The notes beneath the pieces were generated by a model. That model was not told where the DNA came from. It searched no databases and saw only the letters and a program-made list of their open reading frames with translations. Made by a program: the position numbers and the translations under genes. DNA of 63,500 nucleotides, filler included, from Collodictyon triciliatum (taxonomy: Eukaryota), in assembly GCA_043381765.1 (NCBI GenBank). It is 10 parts of 10 records of this genome, joined end to end, with 100 filler letters (N's around TTAATTAATTAA, not from the genome) between each part and the next. Parts side by side here need not be neighbours in the genome. Positions count along the whole stretch, not along the records: positions 33,832 to 40,494 come from JBHJMP010004326.1; positions 40,595 to 45,003 come from JBHJMP010004328.1; positions 45,104 to 51,764 come from JBHJMP010004329.1; 7 more parts are not named here. One strand, given 5' to 3'. The first letter of the stretch is position 1, and each line of letters begins with the position of its first letter. This document shows positions 40,231-51,187 of the stretch, in pieces.

Positions 40231-42295
40231 CTGGTATTTAGGGCGAAGGGATAAGGATTAGCTAGCAAGCAGGAAGCAGCTATCTTTGGGGCTATGCGGG
40301 AGGTTGGCATCTTTGTGGAAGGAAAGAGAAGTGAAAGAGGTGTTTTGTAGGATGTTCAAATAGAACCAAAAATAATAGGAATAGGAATAGGAATAGGAAT
40401 AGGAATAGGAATAGGAATAGGAATAGGAATAGGAATAGGAATAGGAATAGGAATAGGAATAGGAATAGGAATAGGAATAGGAATAGGAATAGGANNNNNN
40501 NNNNNNNNNNNNNNNNNNNNNNNNNNNNNNNNNNNNNNTTAATTAATTAANNNNNNNNNNNNNNNNNNNNNNNNNNNNNNNNNNNNNNNNNNNNTCTGAA
40601 GGGATGAGGAATTGAAATGCCCCCCCCCCCCCCCCCCCCCCCTTCCCCGAAGCATGCGTCATCGAGAAGATGGTCAAAAGTCATCAAATGAAATAAACGT
40701 ATCAAGCATTTGCATTATTGATGCTGTATGTGAATGGATTTGAGCCATTAGAACAAAGACAACCAAGAAGAAGAAAAACACCCCTGTTTAACCACCACTC
40801 CAGTTTGAATCTAGGATAGGGCACCGCGAAAGAGAAGAATCGGGAATCATAACGCACAGAAAATGAAAGGAATGAAAAGTTTGAGGAGACCCGTATAGGC
40901 CTACAACCAAGAGGAAAATAAAGAAGTGAGGCAAGCAGCCCATCCCCCCACCGAATTGTGACATCTTTCAAAAGAGAAAGCAATAAAGAAAAAGGGGAGA
41001 GGCAGAGAGGAAGGAAGGAAGGAGGGAAAATAAATAGGATGCCTTACAATGACTTAAGGGAAGGTTTAAAATGAATGAGAAAGGGCGAGAATGAAAAACA
41101 ATAATAACAGAAGTATGAGGGGGGAAAAAAGTATGATGTCTTTTATTTCGAATAAGAATCGAGAAGAATAATAAGCGATTCAAGAAACAGGATGTAAATA
41201 TTATGATATATGTTGTGCTACTGATAAAGTAAAATGAAAATAGAATAAAAGAATAAAAAAATATATATATAAAAAAAAAGGGAGGGGGAAAAGGGGAAAA
41301 TGAAGACCAGGTGAACTTCAGTGTAGAAGAGAGGAGGCCGCCAAAGGATCGGGGCGCGGGTGTGCAACCCTGACCCACACAGAATGCGACCAAACGGACA
41401 AACGAACTTTGGGCGTTTTCCTCTCCTGCAACGACACATCCGACACCGAAACAGCCAACTGAAATTGGACGAAAAAGAAAGAAAAAAAGTCCTGTAGAAA
41501 TTGTCATTCTCGAGGCAAACAAGGCTGAAGAAATAACCTACAAGCGAAAGCGGAAGAAGACAGCAACGTTCAATTCTTTATGTGGAATGACAATTTCGGC
41601 CACAACCAACACCACAAACTCGGCCTGCTAAATATATCTCTTTGCCTGCTTTTGTACAGAGCACTGACATAAATCAAATGTGGAATAAATAGCACTAAAA
41701 TGTTAATCCTGGCAAGGTTCGTACAGCACCGCATTGGTGAAGAAAAAATAGTACAAGGTATGTCAGTTACATTGTACAGGTATAATTGATTTTCTTCCTT
41801 TGAAGCCGTGAATTGCGGGTGGGTTATTTATATCAATAATAAGTGACTAGAAGGGTGGCGAGTGTTTGTTTCTGTTTGCTGCAGCCCAGTTGGAATCTTC
41901 CATCTGCCTGCTCTTGACTTGCTAATCTTTGGAATGAGCGGTTGACCTTTCACTTTTTTTTTTTTTACACCGGATCTTATTGTGTTTTTTTATTTTATTT
42001 TTTTTCCATTTATTTATTGAAATGGCCACCTACATTTCAATCAGTGAGCAAAAGCTAACAAAGATGCCTATTCCACGATTCAAATAAAACAAAAAGATTA
42101 AATATACATACACACATAAAACTCGTTTTTGATTCGATGAACATACGAAATGGTATTAGTAAATACGAGTAAATGAATGATGCTGTGGCAGTGGGTCATG
42201 AGTTGCCTATGAGAAGCAAAGCATTAATCGGGATGACACAAGTACTTACATGAAACTCGGGCCTATTTTCCTTTTGCCCAGTGGGTAGAAAAGGC

Positions 42296-42544
42296 TTATT
42301 CCCCTGAACTCTTTCTTCCATGGTTGGAACCCAGTGTTGTTTCGGAGGAGCTTGCTTCACGGGTGGACTTTGGCTTAGTTGGAGACTTTGGTGGAGTAAA
42401 CTCGACTCCTGTCGTTTTCCTCAGCTCATGAACATTGCTCTCCACCTTCATGCGCATGGACTGGGAAACCCAGAACGACCCTGCAAACATGAAGAGAAGG
42501 AGTGGTACTCCCGTGCGCAAGAATGTCCGGTCGCTGATGGCCAT
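42296..42544 (-). CDS. COX16: COX16-like cytochrome c oxidase assembly factor
   Basis: 82 aa. FLRTGVPLLLFMFAGSFWVSQSMRMKVE fits the COX16 N-terminal TM motif (GxPxLxxxxxGSF). The C-terminus is divergent. Confidence 0.5.
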   Translation of the reverse strand: MAISDRTFLRTGVPLLLFMFAGSFWVSQSMRMKVESNVHELRKTTGVEFTPPKSPTKPKSTREASSSETTLGSNHGRKSSGE

Positions 42545-43193
42545 TACTTGTATGAGGAGAAAAAAGAAAGAAAGAAAAAAAAAAGAGAAAAAAAAAGGAC
42601 AAGGGCGTTAGAACAAGGAAAAGGGGGGGAATAAACTGAAAGGAAGGATAGGGAAAAAATCCTGAGAGCAAGAAGGAGGTATGTACAACCGCCACCCACA
42701 GCAACAGTGACAGGATAGGGACAACGCCACAATGCGCCCAGGCAAGGGACAAAAAAGAAAATGAAGACCATTGCGTTCGAGCTAGTGATTGCGTTGCAAG
42801 CAGAACTTCATCCTCTGCGAGCAAAGAAATAATAAATTGCGGTCACTGATTTCCGAGACCGGAATACGTCCACAACGCCCGAACCCCGCCGCGAGCTCCG
42901 AGCGCGCTTCCTTTACGCAGATTAAATAAAAAAAAAAATGTGTGTCAAACAAATAAAAAAAAAAGAAGGGGGTATAGAGTGAGAGACACATGGTACCCGA
43001 CTCGACCGTCACACAAACTAAACAAAACAAAACAAACGGTTTGAGCAAGCAAACAAGCGACGAAGCCGACAGGGAACAGAAGTCACAGACTGCAGTTGTT
43101 AACTTTAGTGGCGGGCGTCGCGGAGAGGACGGGGGGATCGGGCAATGAAGGGCAGGGCAGGGCAGGGCAGGGCAGGGCAGGGCAGGGCAGGGC

Positions 43194-44176
43194 TTACTCT
43201 TGGGCGGGCTGGACGGCAGGGGCGGCCGGCTTGGCGACGGGGACGGCCTTCTTGATGGTCAGGGTGCGGCCTCCAACGACGACCTCCTGCAGCTTGTCGT
43301 AGGCGGCATCGCGGGCGGCGGCAGTCTCAAACTCGACAAAGCCGAAGCCCTTGCTGCGTCCGCGGGGGCGGGTGGCCACACGGCCGGAGACCGCGCTGAA
43401 CTGCTGGAAGATGCTGNNNNNNNNNNNNNNNNNNNNNNNNNNNNNNNNNNNNNNNNNNNNNNNNNNNNNNNNNNNNNNNNNNNNNNNNNNNNNNNNNNNN
43501 NNNNNNNNNNNNNNNNNNNNNNNNNNNNNNNNNNNNNNNNNNNNNNNNNNNNNNNNNNNNNNNNNNNNNNNNNNNNNNNNNNNNNNNNNNNNNNNNNNNN
43601 NNNNNNNNNNNNNNNNNNNNNNNNNNNNNNNNNNNNNNNNNNNNNNNNNNNNNNNNNNNNNNNNNNNNNNNNNNNNNNNNNNNNNNNNNNNNNNNNNNNN
43701 NNNNNNNNNNNNNNNNNNNNNNNNNNNNNNNNNNNNNNNNTGGGGCCGGCGGCGCGGCGCGGGCGGCGGGGGCGGTTGCGGTAGGGCGAGGCGGAGCGGG
43801 AGCGGGAGCGGGAGTGGGAGCGGGGCTTCCTCTCCTCGCGGTCGGCCTGGGGCCTGCGGGGGCGGGCGGGCTGCAGGCGCAGGGCGCGGCCGTCCAGCTC
43901 CTTGTCGTTGAAGTCCTTGAGGGCCTGCTGGGCGCTGGCCTCGTCCGCAAAGGTCACGAAGCCGTAGCCCAGTGCGCGGCGGCCGCGGGCGGCAACAGTC
44001 GCATCCGTGGGCTGCAGCGCTCCAAAGAACTCGCGCAGGCCCTCCTTGGTCGTCTTGAACGGCAGGTTGCCCACAAAGACGCGGTTCGAGGGCGCGGCGG
44101 GGGCGGCGGCGGCGGCGGCGGCGGCAGGGGCAGGGGCGGCGGGGGCGGCGGCGGCAGCTGCGTCGGTGGTGGCCAT
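43194..44176 (-). CDS. Two-RRM RNA-binding protein with RS-rich linker (internal N gap), very GC-rich
   Basis: RRM1: RVFVGNLPF...LGYGFVTF...ELDGRALRL. Linker RSHSRSRSRSASP. RRM2: RSKGFGFVEF...VVGGRTLTIKKA. Confidence 0.85.
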
Positions 44177-45103
44177 GGGGGCGGGCAGGCGGGCGAAGAG
44201 ACTGGGGCTGGGGTGGGCTTAGTACTCTCGCGGGCTGGACACTATGCGCACTCGGCTTGCTTTGTTTTGCTTCGCGCGTGGTTTTCTTTTCTTTTGGTTT
44301 GTTATGTTGGTTCTTTGATCGGTTGCTTTCGTCGCTCTGGTTGACTGGGTTCTCTGCTTGCGGCTCTGCTTCTTGGCCCGGCTGCGGTCGCTGCGTGATC
44401 GCGCCTGGGCTTTGTGCTGATTCATCTCTGGTGCCGTGGCCACAGGGGCGGGCGTGTGCGTTTGTGCGGATTGATTGGGGGCGCGAGTGTGCTTGGCTTT
44501 GGGCGGGTGCGTTTGTGACTGGGAAATAAGGGGGGAGGCGCGGTTTGCGTACTTTCTCTGTGCTTCGGTTGTCAATGTCTCGGAAATCGCGGCTGGGCGG
44601 GTCGTGTGCGGAGGGGCGACCAGTTTGCGGATTTTTTTTTTCTTATTCATTGAATTTGTGGTCAAATGGTTCGGGTCGCTCGCCGCATGGGTGCTGTATT
44701 CACTGAATTGGATGAAATAAATATATGTGATGTGTAATTATATATCATAACACATAATACATACTATCTTGATCAATAAGCATCAATTTAAAGTATTTTG
44801 AAAAATTGTGGAATATATTCCGCTTCTGGATTAACGCTCAGCCTTTTTTTTCCGGGTTGCGTTTTACATAAACCACCTGGGCTACATTTCTTCACTATCT
44901 CCCTCACGTTTCTTAGCCTTCTCACAAAAAAACAAAAAACAAAAAACAAAAAACAAAAAACAAAAAACAAAAAACAAAAAACAAAAAACAAAAAACAAAA
45001 AACNNNNNNNNNNNNNNNNNNNNNNNNNNNNNNNNNNNNNNNNNNNNTTAATTAATTAANNNNNNNNNNNNNNNNNNNNNNNNNNNNNNNNNNNNNNNNN
45101 NNN

Positions 45104-47497
45104 CAAGTAACCTCAGGAGTTGTAACCAGGTCACAAAGCAAACAAGCAAGTGAAGCACCATCTCAGCAAGAGTCAAAAAAACCGTCACCTGAAAAAGAAA
45201 AACCAAAGACTCCTCCAAAACCTGCACCAACTTTAGATATAGAAGCCGTATTAAAAAGCCCAAAGTTAAAACCATTAATTGAAAAGAAAAAGTCAAAAAA
45301 ACCACCAAAACCAGTGGTTGATGAATCAGAGAATTTTGTAGCTGCTGACAAATTTGATTTTGAAGGGAACAGACCTAAAGATACACCTTCACCTCCAAAA
45401 GAAAAAACTCCTCCTCCAAAAGCAAAAACTCCATCTCCTCCAAAAGAAAAAACTCCACCCACAAAATCAACACCACCGAAACAACCAACACCCCAAGCAA
45501 AGCCAATTGTAAAAAAAAAATTAACTTTTTCACCGATGGAAGGGTCACCTAAAGAACGTCGCAAATCATTATATGAAACAAAACAGGAGCCATATAAACA
45601 ATCGTTGATGCAAAGGTGGGGCAATCAATTAAAAATAATGTACAGCACTAAAACTACTGTATCAAAGTTTTTAGGTGTGCTGAGTGATTTTCTTGAAACA
45701 ACAGCAATTCCTGACAAAGTAAAAAAGCGAAAGTTTTTGTTAAAGAAAATAGGTTTTTTGTTGGGTGAGGATTCTCATAAGTTTTTTAATAAAGCATTTG
45801 GATTTAGGATTCCTGACATGGATAATGATGCTGATATAGATGGGGACGACTTGGTCATGGATTTAAAAGACTTTGTAATGACAAAACAGGTTGAACAGCC
45901 TGCGACAATTGAAAAGTTTATTAATTATATTATGTCTATATCACCACAAAGTGAAGCTATAAAGGGAGTTAAAGCTGTTGAAGCAGAAGCTACACCTGTT
46001 AAATCAGACGCAGTTAGAAAAAGTTTTAAAAGCCAGAAGCAACCGGCTATGGAAGAGGAGCTTGCAAAGGCAGCAAAAGAGAAGGAGGAGAAATCAAGAA
46101 AGGCTATAGCTGAACAAGAAGAAAGGAAGGAGCAGATAAAAAAAGAAAAAGAGCGGATTGAAAGAGAAATATTTGCGCATGCAAAACACCAGGCAGTAAA
46201 TAGAGATAAAACAGAAAAAGATAAAGAGGAAGAATTAGAATATCAAAAAATTCCATTGATGGACCGATTTAAGTATAATAAAACAGACGATAGTTATCGG
46301 TTTGTGACTAGCCAAATCTTGACTAGCATTGATACACTACCTCCAGAAAACGAAAGTTTAAGGCAGTCATTCTTAAGACAATTGTACACGGAATTTCAAA
46401 AAGTTTTAGAACGATTGGGATATGATTTTAGTAGAGATAGGTTAGGATTTAATTATCTAACTTTGGATATTGTAGATGACCCTGAAGACCGATTGAATTT
46501 TACAAATAATATATACTTTGCAGTATTTAACGAACTGAATACATTAACTGATATTAGTGTTACACGAGTTGTAAGAAATTTGGGTCAGTTGAGACCCTAT
46601 ATAATTGAAAATATGAATCAATATGCCCTTGAGTATAGTAGAGCTAGATTTGGTGATACATATACTATGGTTGAAGCCAAAAAAAGCAAGGGGTGAAAAA
46701 GAAGTAGATATATCCGAGTTGTATGGGACTGCTAAAAAAATACCTCTAGTAAAGTTGTTTGAGTTGGGTGATGAGACAATTGGTTCAAACACTATTTTTG
46801 ATTGGGACTATGATATTTCAATATATTTTGAGGACGCTGAAGATATAGTCAATGCTATTGCAAAAGGAAAAGCAGACCGTGTCACCATAAATATTTTTGC
46901 AGAGAATGTTGGTAATCAATCGGCAATGCATAAGATGTCTTATGATAATATTAAAATAGTCAAAACATTTTTTGAAGCTATTAATGAAACGTTGGAAATT
47001 CCATTTGGTCAAGAACAATATTCATTATTTCCATTATACCCTTGGTCTTTAGACGCAAGAGCCGCATCTATGTTTTTAAAAGCAGTTCGTGATTTATTTT
47101 TGGATTTACAAGTTGAAGATAGCTTTGAGAAGTATTTAAGATTCATTGATATATATCGAAAAAAATGTGGGCAATCTCAGACCATACGGCGGGGTATCAT
47201 GTTGATGATGATTTGAATATATCCGATGTCACAAGATATGGACAACAGGAAGACGATTGTGTAGACGCCCAGACGGATTTCAATACGACACTTAATACGG
47301 TGTTAGCAGAGGATGTTGATTTGCTAGAAGACTTTGGAATAGAACCAGATGATCGACAGGGTATAGTTGAAAGTAAAAAATCTTCAGCGCGTCCAGTATC
47401 TATAAAATATAGGAGTATTGCAAAAGGAGAATCAAAATATTTATTTAAAATCTGGTTAGATGATAATAAAATAAGATTTATAGGTATAACTGCATAA
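45104..47497 (+). pseudogene. Large ORFan (>790 aa, 5'-partial, Pro/Lys-rich N-terminus) split by two frameshifts at A7 runs
   Basis: The frame is open from the contig edge to 46696. A +1 shift at gccAAAAAAAgc (~46679-46685) joins ORF 46623..47216. A -1 shift at cgAAAAAAAtg (~47159-47165) joins ORF 47165..47497. Confidence 0.55.
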
Positions 47498-47517
47498 ATA
47501 AATTTCTCTTTATGTAT

Positions 47518-48066
47518 ATGAATACAAGTGGGGATACAATAGAATATACAGGCAAAGGAACTCGAGGAACAGGAAGAAAAGGTACAATTGTAAGAGAGGT
47601 AGGTTAACGTGCCTCTCGTGAAGATGAGGGAGACCCAGTTGGTGAGTTTACATTAAGTGAATTTAAAATTGCAATTGCTGAGGGATTTCGTATGGCCCAG
47701 GGTGAAGATTTTGAAGCTGAATTGACAAAAGTAAGACCGGGTGAAAATATACCAACGAGAAATCTGTCTGACTTTATTATAAGTCTTAATGACCCAGATG
47801 TATCTTTACAACAAAAGAAACAGAATCTAATCAAACAATTTGAAGAGCTAGGAGCACAATATATTCAATTCCCTAATGAAACTAATAGGGATATTGTAAG
47901 ACGACTAGACTTTATTAAAAAAAAAATAAAGATACAGAACGAAGCATATGCATCTATGCGCACAGGTGAGCCTTTGAAATTAGATAAAGGATTTATCCAA
48001 ACATCTGAATTTTCCCAGGAAAAGATTTTATCCAGCGCAGTGAATGGCAGCCCCTGTGGAAATTGA
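47518..48066 (+). pseudogene. Viral-type ORFan with one in-frame TAA (47605-47607)
   Basis: MNTSGDTIEYTGKGTRGTGRKGTIVREVG*RASREDEGDPVGEFTLSEF... continues in frame into ORF 47692..48066. Confidence 0.5.
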
Positions 48067-48098
48067 AACTCCATAATATATAGTTTCAATTTCCACAG
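48054..48098. other. 17-bp perfect inverted repeat with 11-nt loop
   Basis: ctgtggaaattgaaact-ccataatatat-agtttcaatttccacag. Confidence 0.9.
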
Positions 48099-48253
48099 CG
48101 GCCTTTTCAACCCGCCAAATTATGTCCTTTATATACTGTCTTCCGCCCTTGACCACAAAACATTACACCCTTAATTAACGCTTACCTTCCATATGCGGCC
48201 GCCTTCCACCCTTAAACAACGGACACCTTCCATATATGGTATGTGTGGTCGGT

Positions 48254-48499
48254 TTATTTCTTCAGCTTGGACGCGGCGACAACCAGTCTCTGCCCTTCTG
48301 CCATCTTCTTCTTTTGCAATGCTATCTTGAGCAATTCTCGACGCGCAGCCTTGTCTCCGTCTTTTATCACGGCATCTTTGTTTTGCAGTTGTGGATGCTG
48401 ATGCTCGATTACGTTCTCTACATTCAAATCAGTCACGCACGTTTCGGCCACCGGCTTGAATCCTTTATTTTGATGGCGATAGAAAGAACGGCTGCTCAT
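48254..48499 (-). CDS. Small basic ORFan of the viral element (81 aa)
   Basis: acaATG start; stop overlaps AATAAA; divergent from 48589. Confidence 0.55.
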   Translation of the reverse strand: MSSRSFYRHQNKGFKPVAETCVTDLNVENVIEHQHPQLQNKDAVIKDGDKAARRELLKIALQKKKMAEGQRLVVAASKLKK

Positions 48500-48588
48500 T
48501 GTAATCTATTTGATATGGTTAGTACGGCATTAATTACATACTTAAAACTTTGCGTTTGATTTGTATAAAACTAATCTTTCAATTTGAT

Positions 48589-49170
48589 ATGCCGCCCCGC
48601 AAGTATGTCCGCAAAACCCACAGCGAAGATGACGCCAAGAAACCCAAGACCAAGACTGCCTTGCCTACCAACGACAAGGACTACACAAAAGTTCAATACA
48701 GTGACCTTAAGAAAGGTGACTACATTATGTACGAGATGAAAGCTCGCACGTACAAAGACAAGGAATATCCAGCCAAGGTCAACCAAGGGTTCGTGTCTCT
48801 GATTCAGAATGAAGTGGGAGACGCTCTCTGGAAAGACCAAGACGGCAAGGTCCTCGGCATGACAAACTATGGCAAATCGTGGACCAACAACACCAAGGAC
48901 ATCGGCGACATTTACCGACAGAGTGATGAAGCCAACATAGCCAAGCGAGAGAAAGGATTGAAAAAACATATGGACAATGCTCCTGCCCGTGCAGAGAAAC
49001 GCAAGGTTGTAGCCAAGGTCGAAAAAATGCTTCAAGAAGAAGAGAAAGATGAAGCACAGAAAAAAGAGAAAAAGCCGGACGAGCTTATTGCCCTGGCCAA
49101 GGAGATCGGTACTGAGATTAAAAAATCTAAGAAGCCTGCGAAGAAACCACGGTCATCTTCCGACGCTTGA
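48589..49170 (+). CDS. Lys-rich ORFan of the viral element (193 aa)
   Basis: ATG at 48589 (MPPRKYVRK...); coherent codon usage; 3' end overlaps the integrase 3' end by 44 nt. Confidence 0.7.
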   Translation: MPPRKYVRKTHSEDDAKKPKTKTALPTNDKDYTKVQYSDLKKGDYIMYEMKARTYKDKEYPAKVNQGFVSLIQNEVGDALWKDQDGKVLGMTNYGKSWTNNTKDIGDIYRQSDEANIAKREKGLKKHMDNAPARAEKRKVVAKVEKMLQEEEKDEAQKKEKKPDELIALAKEIGTEIKKSKKPAKKPRSSSDA

Positions 49171-50581
49171 TCGGTTTGATTGGCTCTACGGTTATCGGTT
49201 TGCTTACAGCTACCTCTTCCATAGGCTGCACCTGCAATAAAGTGCCTAAAATTCTTTTCAACTTATTAAAGTTTTTAGTTTGTAGCGTTGTCATTTTAGG
49301 GTTATCTCCGTGCTTAGCAATAAACGCATTATATGCTTGCTTGACTTTCGGTTCTAATCTATCGAGCTCGGCTTGTCGCCCTGGCTTGCTCGGAGCATTC
49401 TTGCCAGTGCGGTTTGTGAAATTTTTTGTGTCTGATGTCCACACGTTCTTATCAAAGTCAGCGCGAGCATCCTGCACGTTCGGAGCCAAATACGGCCCCT
49501 TCTTTTTTTTTACACTAGCAGCGTCTCGCTTCAGCAAATCAACCTTTGGCGTAAAGTCTTTGTCTGTGTCTTTGTCCACAGGCTGCAGGTCCCTGCGCAG
49601 AAATTTCTTCCCCTTCAATACACTCGAGTCACTTTCATTCAGCGCCTTTAGTTTATATGTGGGTGCTTTGAATCCGTCCTTCGAGACTTCGCGGCTTATA
49701 ATTTTAAACAACGCAACAGTGAATTTCGGGATCCAGTTTTTATTGGTCTTGAATTTATTGCGCTCTTGCGTTGTCAAGTTTGTTTTCTTCAGGTTCACAC
49801 GCACTAGTTGGCCAACCTCGAGTAAGTCGTCCTTGACTGAAGTGGCTGCTCGGTCTAATTTTTTCTGGTTAGCTTCTATTAACTTTGTCAAGTTTTCTTC
49901 TGTAGCTGCATTGTTGGGAATGACCCCGGTGTCACGGTTCGGCTGATCATTGATGCTGTCTGCAGTTTTTTCTAGCACTTCTTTCGTTAAGGTTTCCCCT
50001 GTCTTTTGGTGGTACTTGTACAAACTATTCTTCACCACACTATTCATGCGCTCCACGTATGCCTGGCTCGTAGGGTTGTACGCACTCGACTTGACTTGCT
50101 TGAGGCCGTGTTCTTGCAGCCACGCTTTCTCGTACTTGAACTCTGTGCCGTTGTCGCTCTGGATGACCTTGAGGGCAGGATAATCCTTCTTAAACTCAAG
50201 CACAGCTTTTTTGCTTTCGGCCAGAGTCTTGTCAGTCAGCGGGTACAGAAACACCTTGCGTGTTAAAAGCACGACACATGTCATTAGATAATTGTATTTC
50301 ACTCCAGTATGGTCTTCTGGGTACAGTCCCTTGGTATATATCAAATCTATCTGTGCGTACGACGGATCAGTGACATTAAAGGAAGTGACGTCCTTGCTTT
50401 TGTAAGCAGGCTTGCTAATTTGTTGATAGGGATTCTTTTTCATCCATGCCTCAATGTAACTGCGAGGTATCTCCTTGTTGAAGTGGTGATACATAGCATC
50501 AACACTGTTTACTTGCCCTGGGTCATTAAACCTTTTCTGTAGCCTCTCGTTATATTGGTCACTGGTACTTGGGTTACTCAT
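49127..50581 (-). CDS. Retroviral-like (rve) integrase, Polinton/Maverick/mavirus type, apparently intact
   Basis: Catalytic D (YAQIDLI), D (IQSDNGTEF) and E (AYVERMN). Followed by INDQPNRDTGVIP and the Polinton-type C-terminal domain LEVGQLVRV...WIPKFTVALFKI...TYKL...FLRRDLQPV. No RT or LTR context. Confidence 0.92.
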   Translation of the reverse strand: MSNPSTSDQYNERLQKRFNDPGQVNSVDAMYHHFNKEIPRSYIEAWMKKNPYQQISKPAYKSKDVTSFNVTDPSYAQIDLIYTKGLYPEDHTGVKYNYLMTCVVLLTRKVFLYPLTDKTLAESKKAVLEFKKDYPALKVIQSDNGTEFKYEKAWLQEHGLKQVKSSAYNPTSQAYVERMNSVVKNSLYKYHQKTGETLTKEVLEKTADSINDQPNRDTGVIPNNAATEENLTKLIEANQKKLDRAATSVKDDLLEVGQLVRVNLKKTNLTTQERNKFKTNKNWIPKFTVALFKIISREVSKDGFKAPTYKLKALNESDSSVLKGKKFLRRDLQPVDKDTDKDFTPKVDLLKRDAASVKKKKGPYLAPNVQDARADFDKNVWTSDTKNFTNRTGKNAPSKPGRQAELDRLEPKVKQAYNAFIAKHGDNPKMTTLQTKNFNKLKRILGTLLQVQPMEEVAVSKPITVEPIKPIKRRKMTVVSSQAS

Positions 50582-50670
50582 TACAATAACAATACTTTTT
50601 TTTGTGTAAAAAACGCAGCTTAAAAACTATTCAAAATCATAGATTAACTAAACAAGCATTTGCACCCACA

Positions 50671-51174
50671 ATGGCACGCACGTTAACTAGACAAGAACAC
50701 GACGACATGACAACCCGCACCTTGACCGGAGAAGAGCAAGCAAGACTCAACTACCTGTGTTTCATCGAATGGGGAGAAAACCTAGACGGCGTGCGACAGA
50801 TGGTTACAATTGCAAGGCGCTTACGCAAAAGCACTCATAAAAACTACATCAAGAGAAAAGAGAAAAGGAAACATACCAATGGCTCACATGAATTTCAAGT
50901 CGTCGAAGCGCCCGTCACTAAGATGCCCCTTGTCGATTACACAGGAATTTCTTCTAGTTCCTCGGGCTCTTCGCTCGACTCTGGCAGCCCAGACTCTCTA
51001 CGTGCTGCTGCCGAACGCGTCCGCAAAGCCCTGACCCCTCCTGCCTCTCCCCCTAAAATTTCTTACTCTCTCAAATCAACACCGACCCCCAGTCCTGTTA
51101 CATGCGGTTTTGACATGATGGAAGTATTGCCAACAGGCATGCACTCCAGTAACTTCATAAGATGCAAAGAATAA
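50671..51174 (+). CDS. ORFan of the viral element (167 aa, Ser/Pro-rich C-terminus)
   Basis: acaATG at 50671, divergent from the integrase; stop overlaps AATAAA. Confidence 0.6.
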   Translation: MARTLTRQEHDDMTTRTLTGEEQARLNYLCFIEWGENLDGVRQMVTIARRLRKSTHKNYIKRKEKRKHTNGSHEFQVVEAPVTKMPLVDYTGISSSSSGSSLDSGSPDSLRAAAERVRKALTPPASPPKISYSLKSTPTPSPVTCGFDMMEVLPTGMHSSNFIRCKE

Positions 51175-51187
51175 AATGTCTTTCACT

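Noticed and set aside
40373-40494. (AATAGG)n at a contig end as a telomere
   Set aside because: It lies in the intron upstream of the PDE last exon, and other contigs end in unrelated microsatellites.
41308-41630. Exon-like GC-richer segment
   Set aside because: Every frame is interrupted and no homology is recognisable.
49167-50542. Long plus-strand ORFs opposite the integrase
   Set aside because: Antisense shadows of the integrase frame, with no independent coding features.
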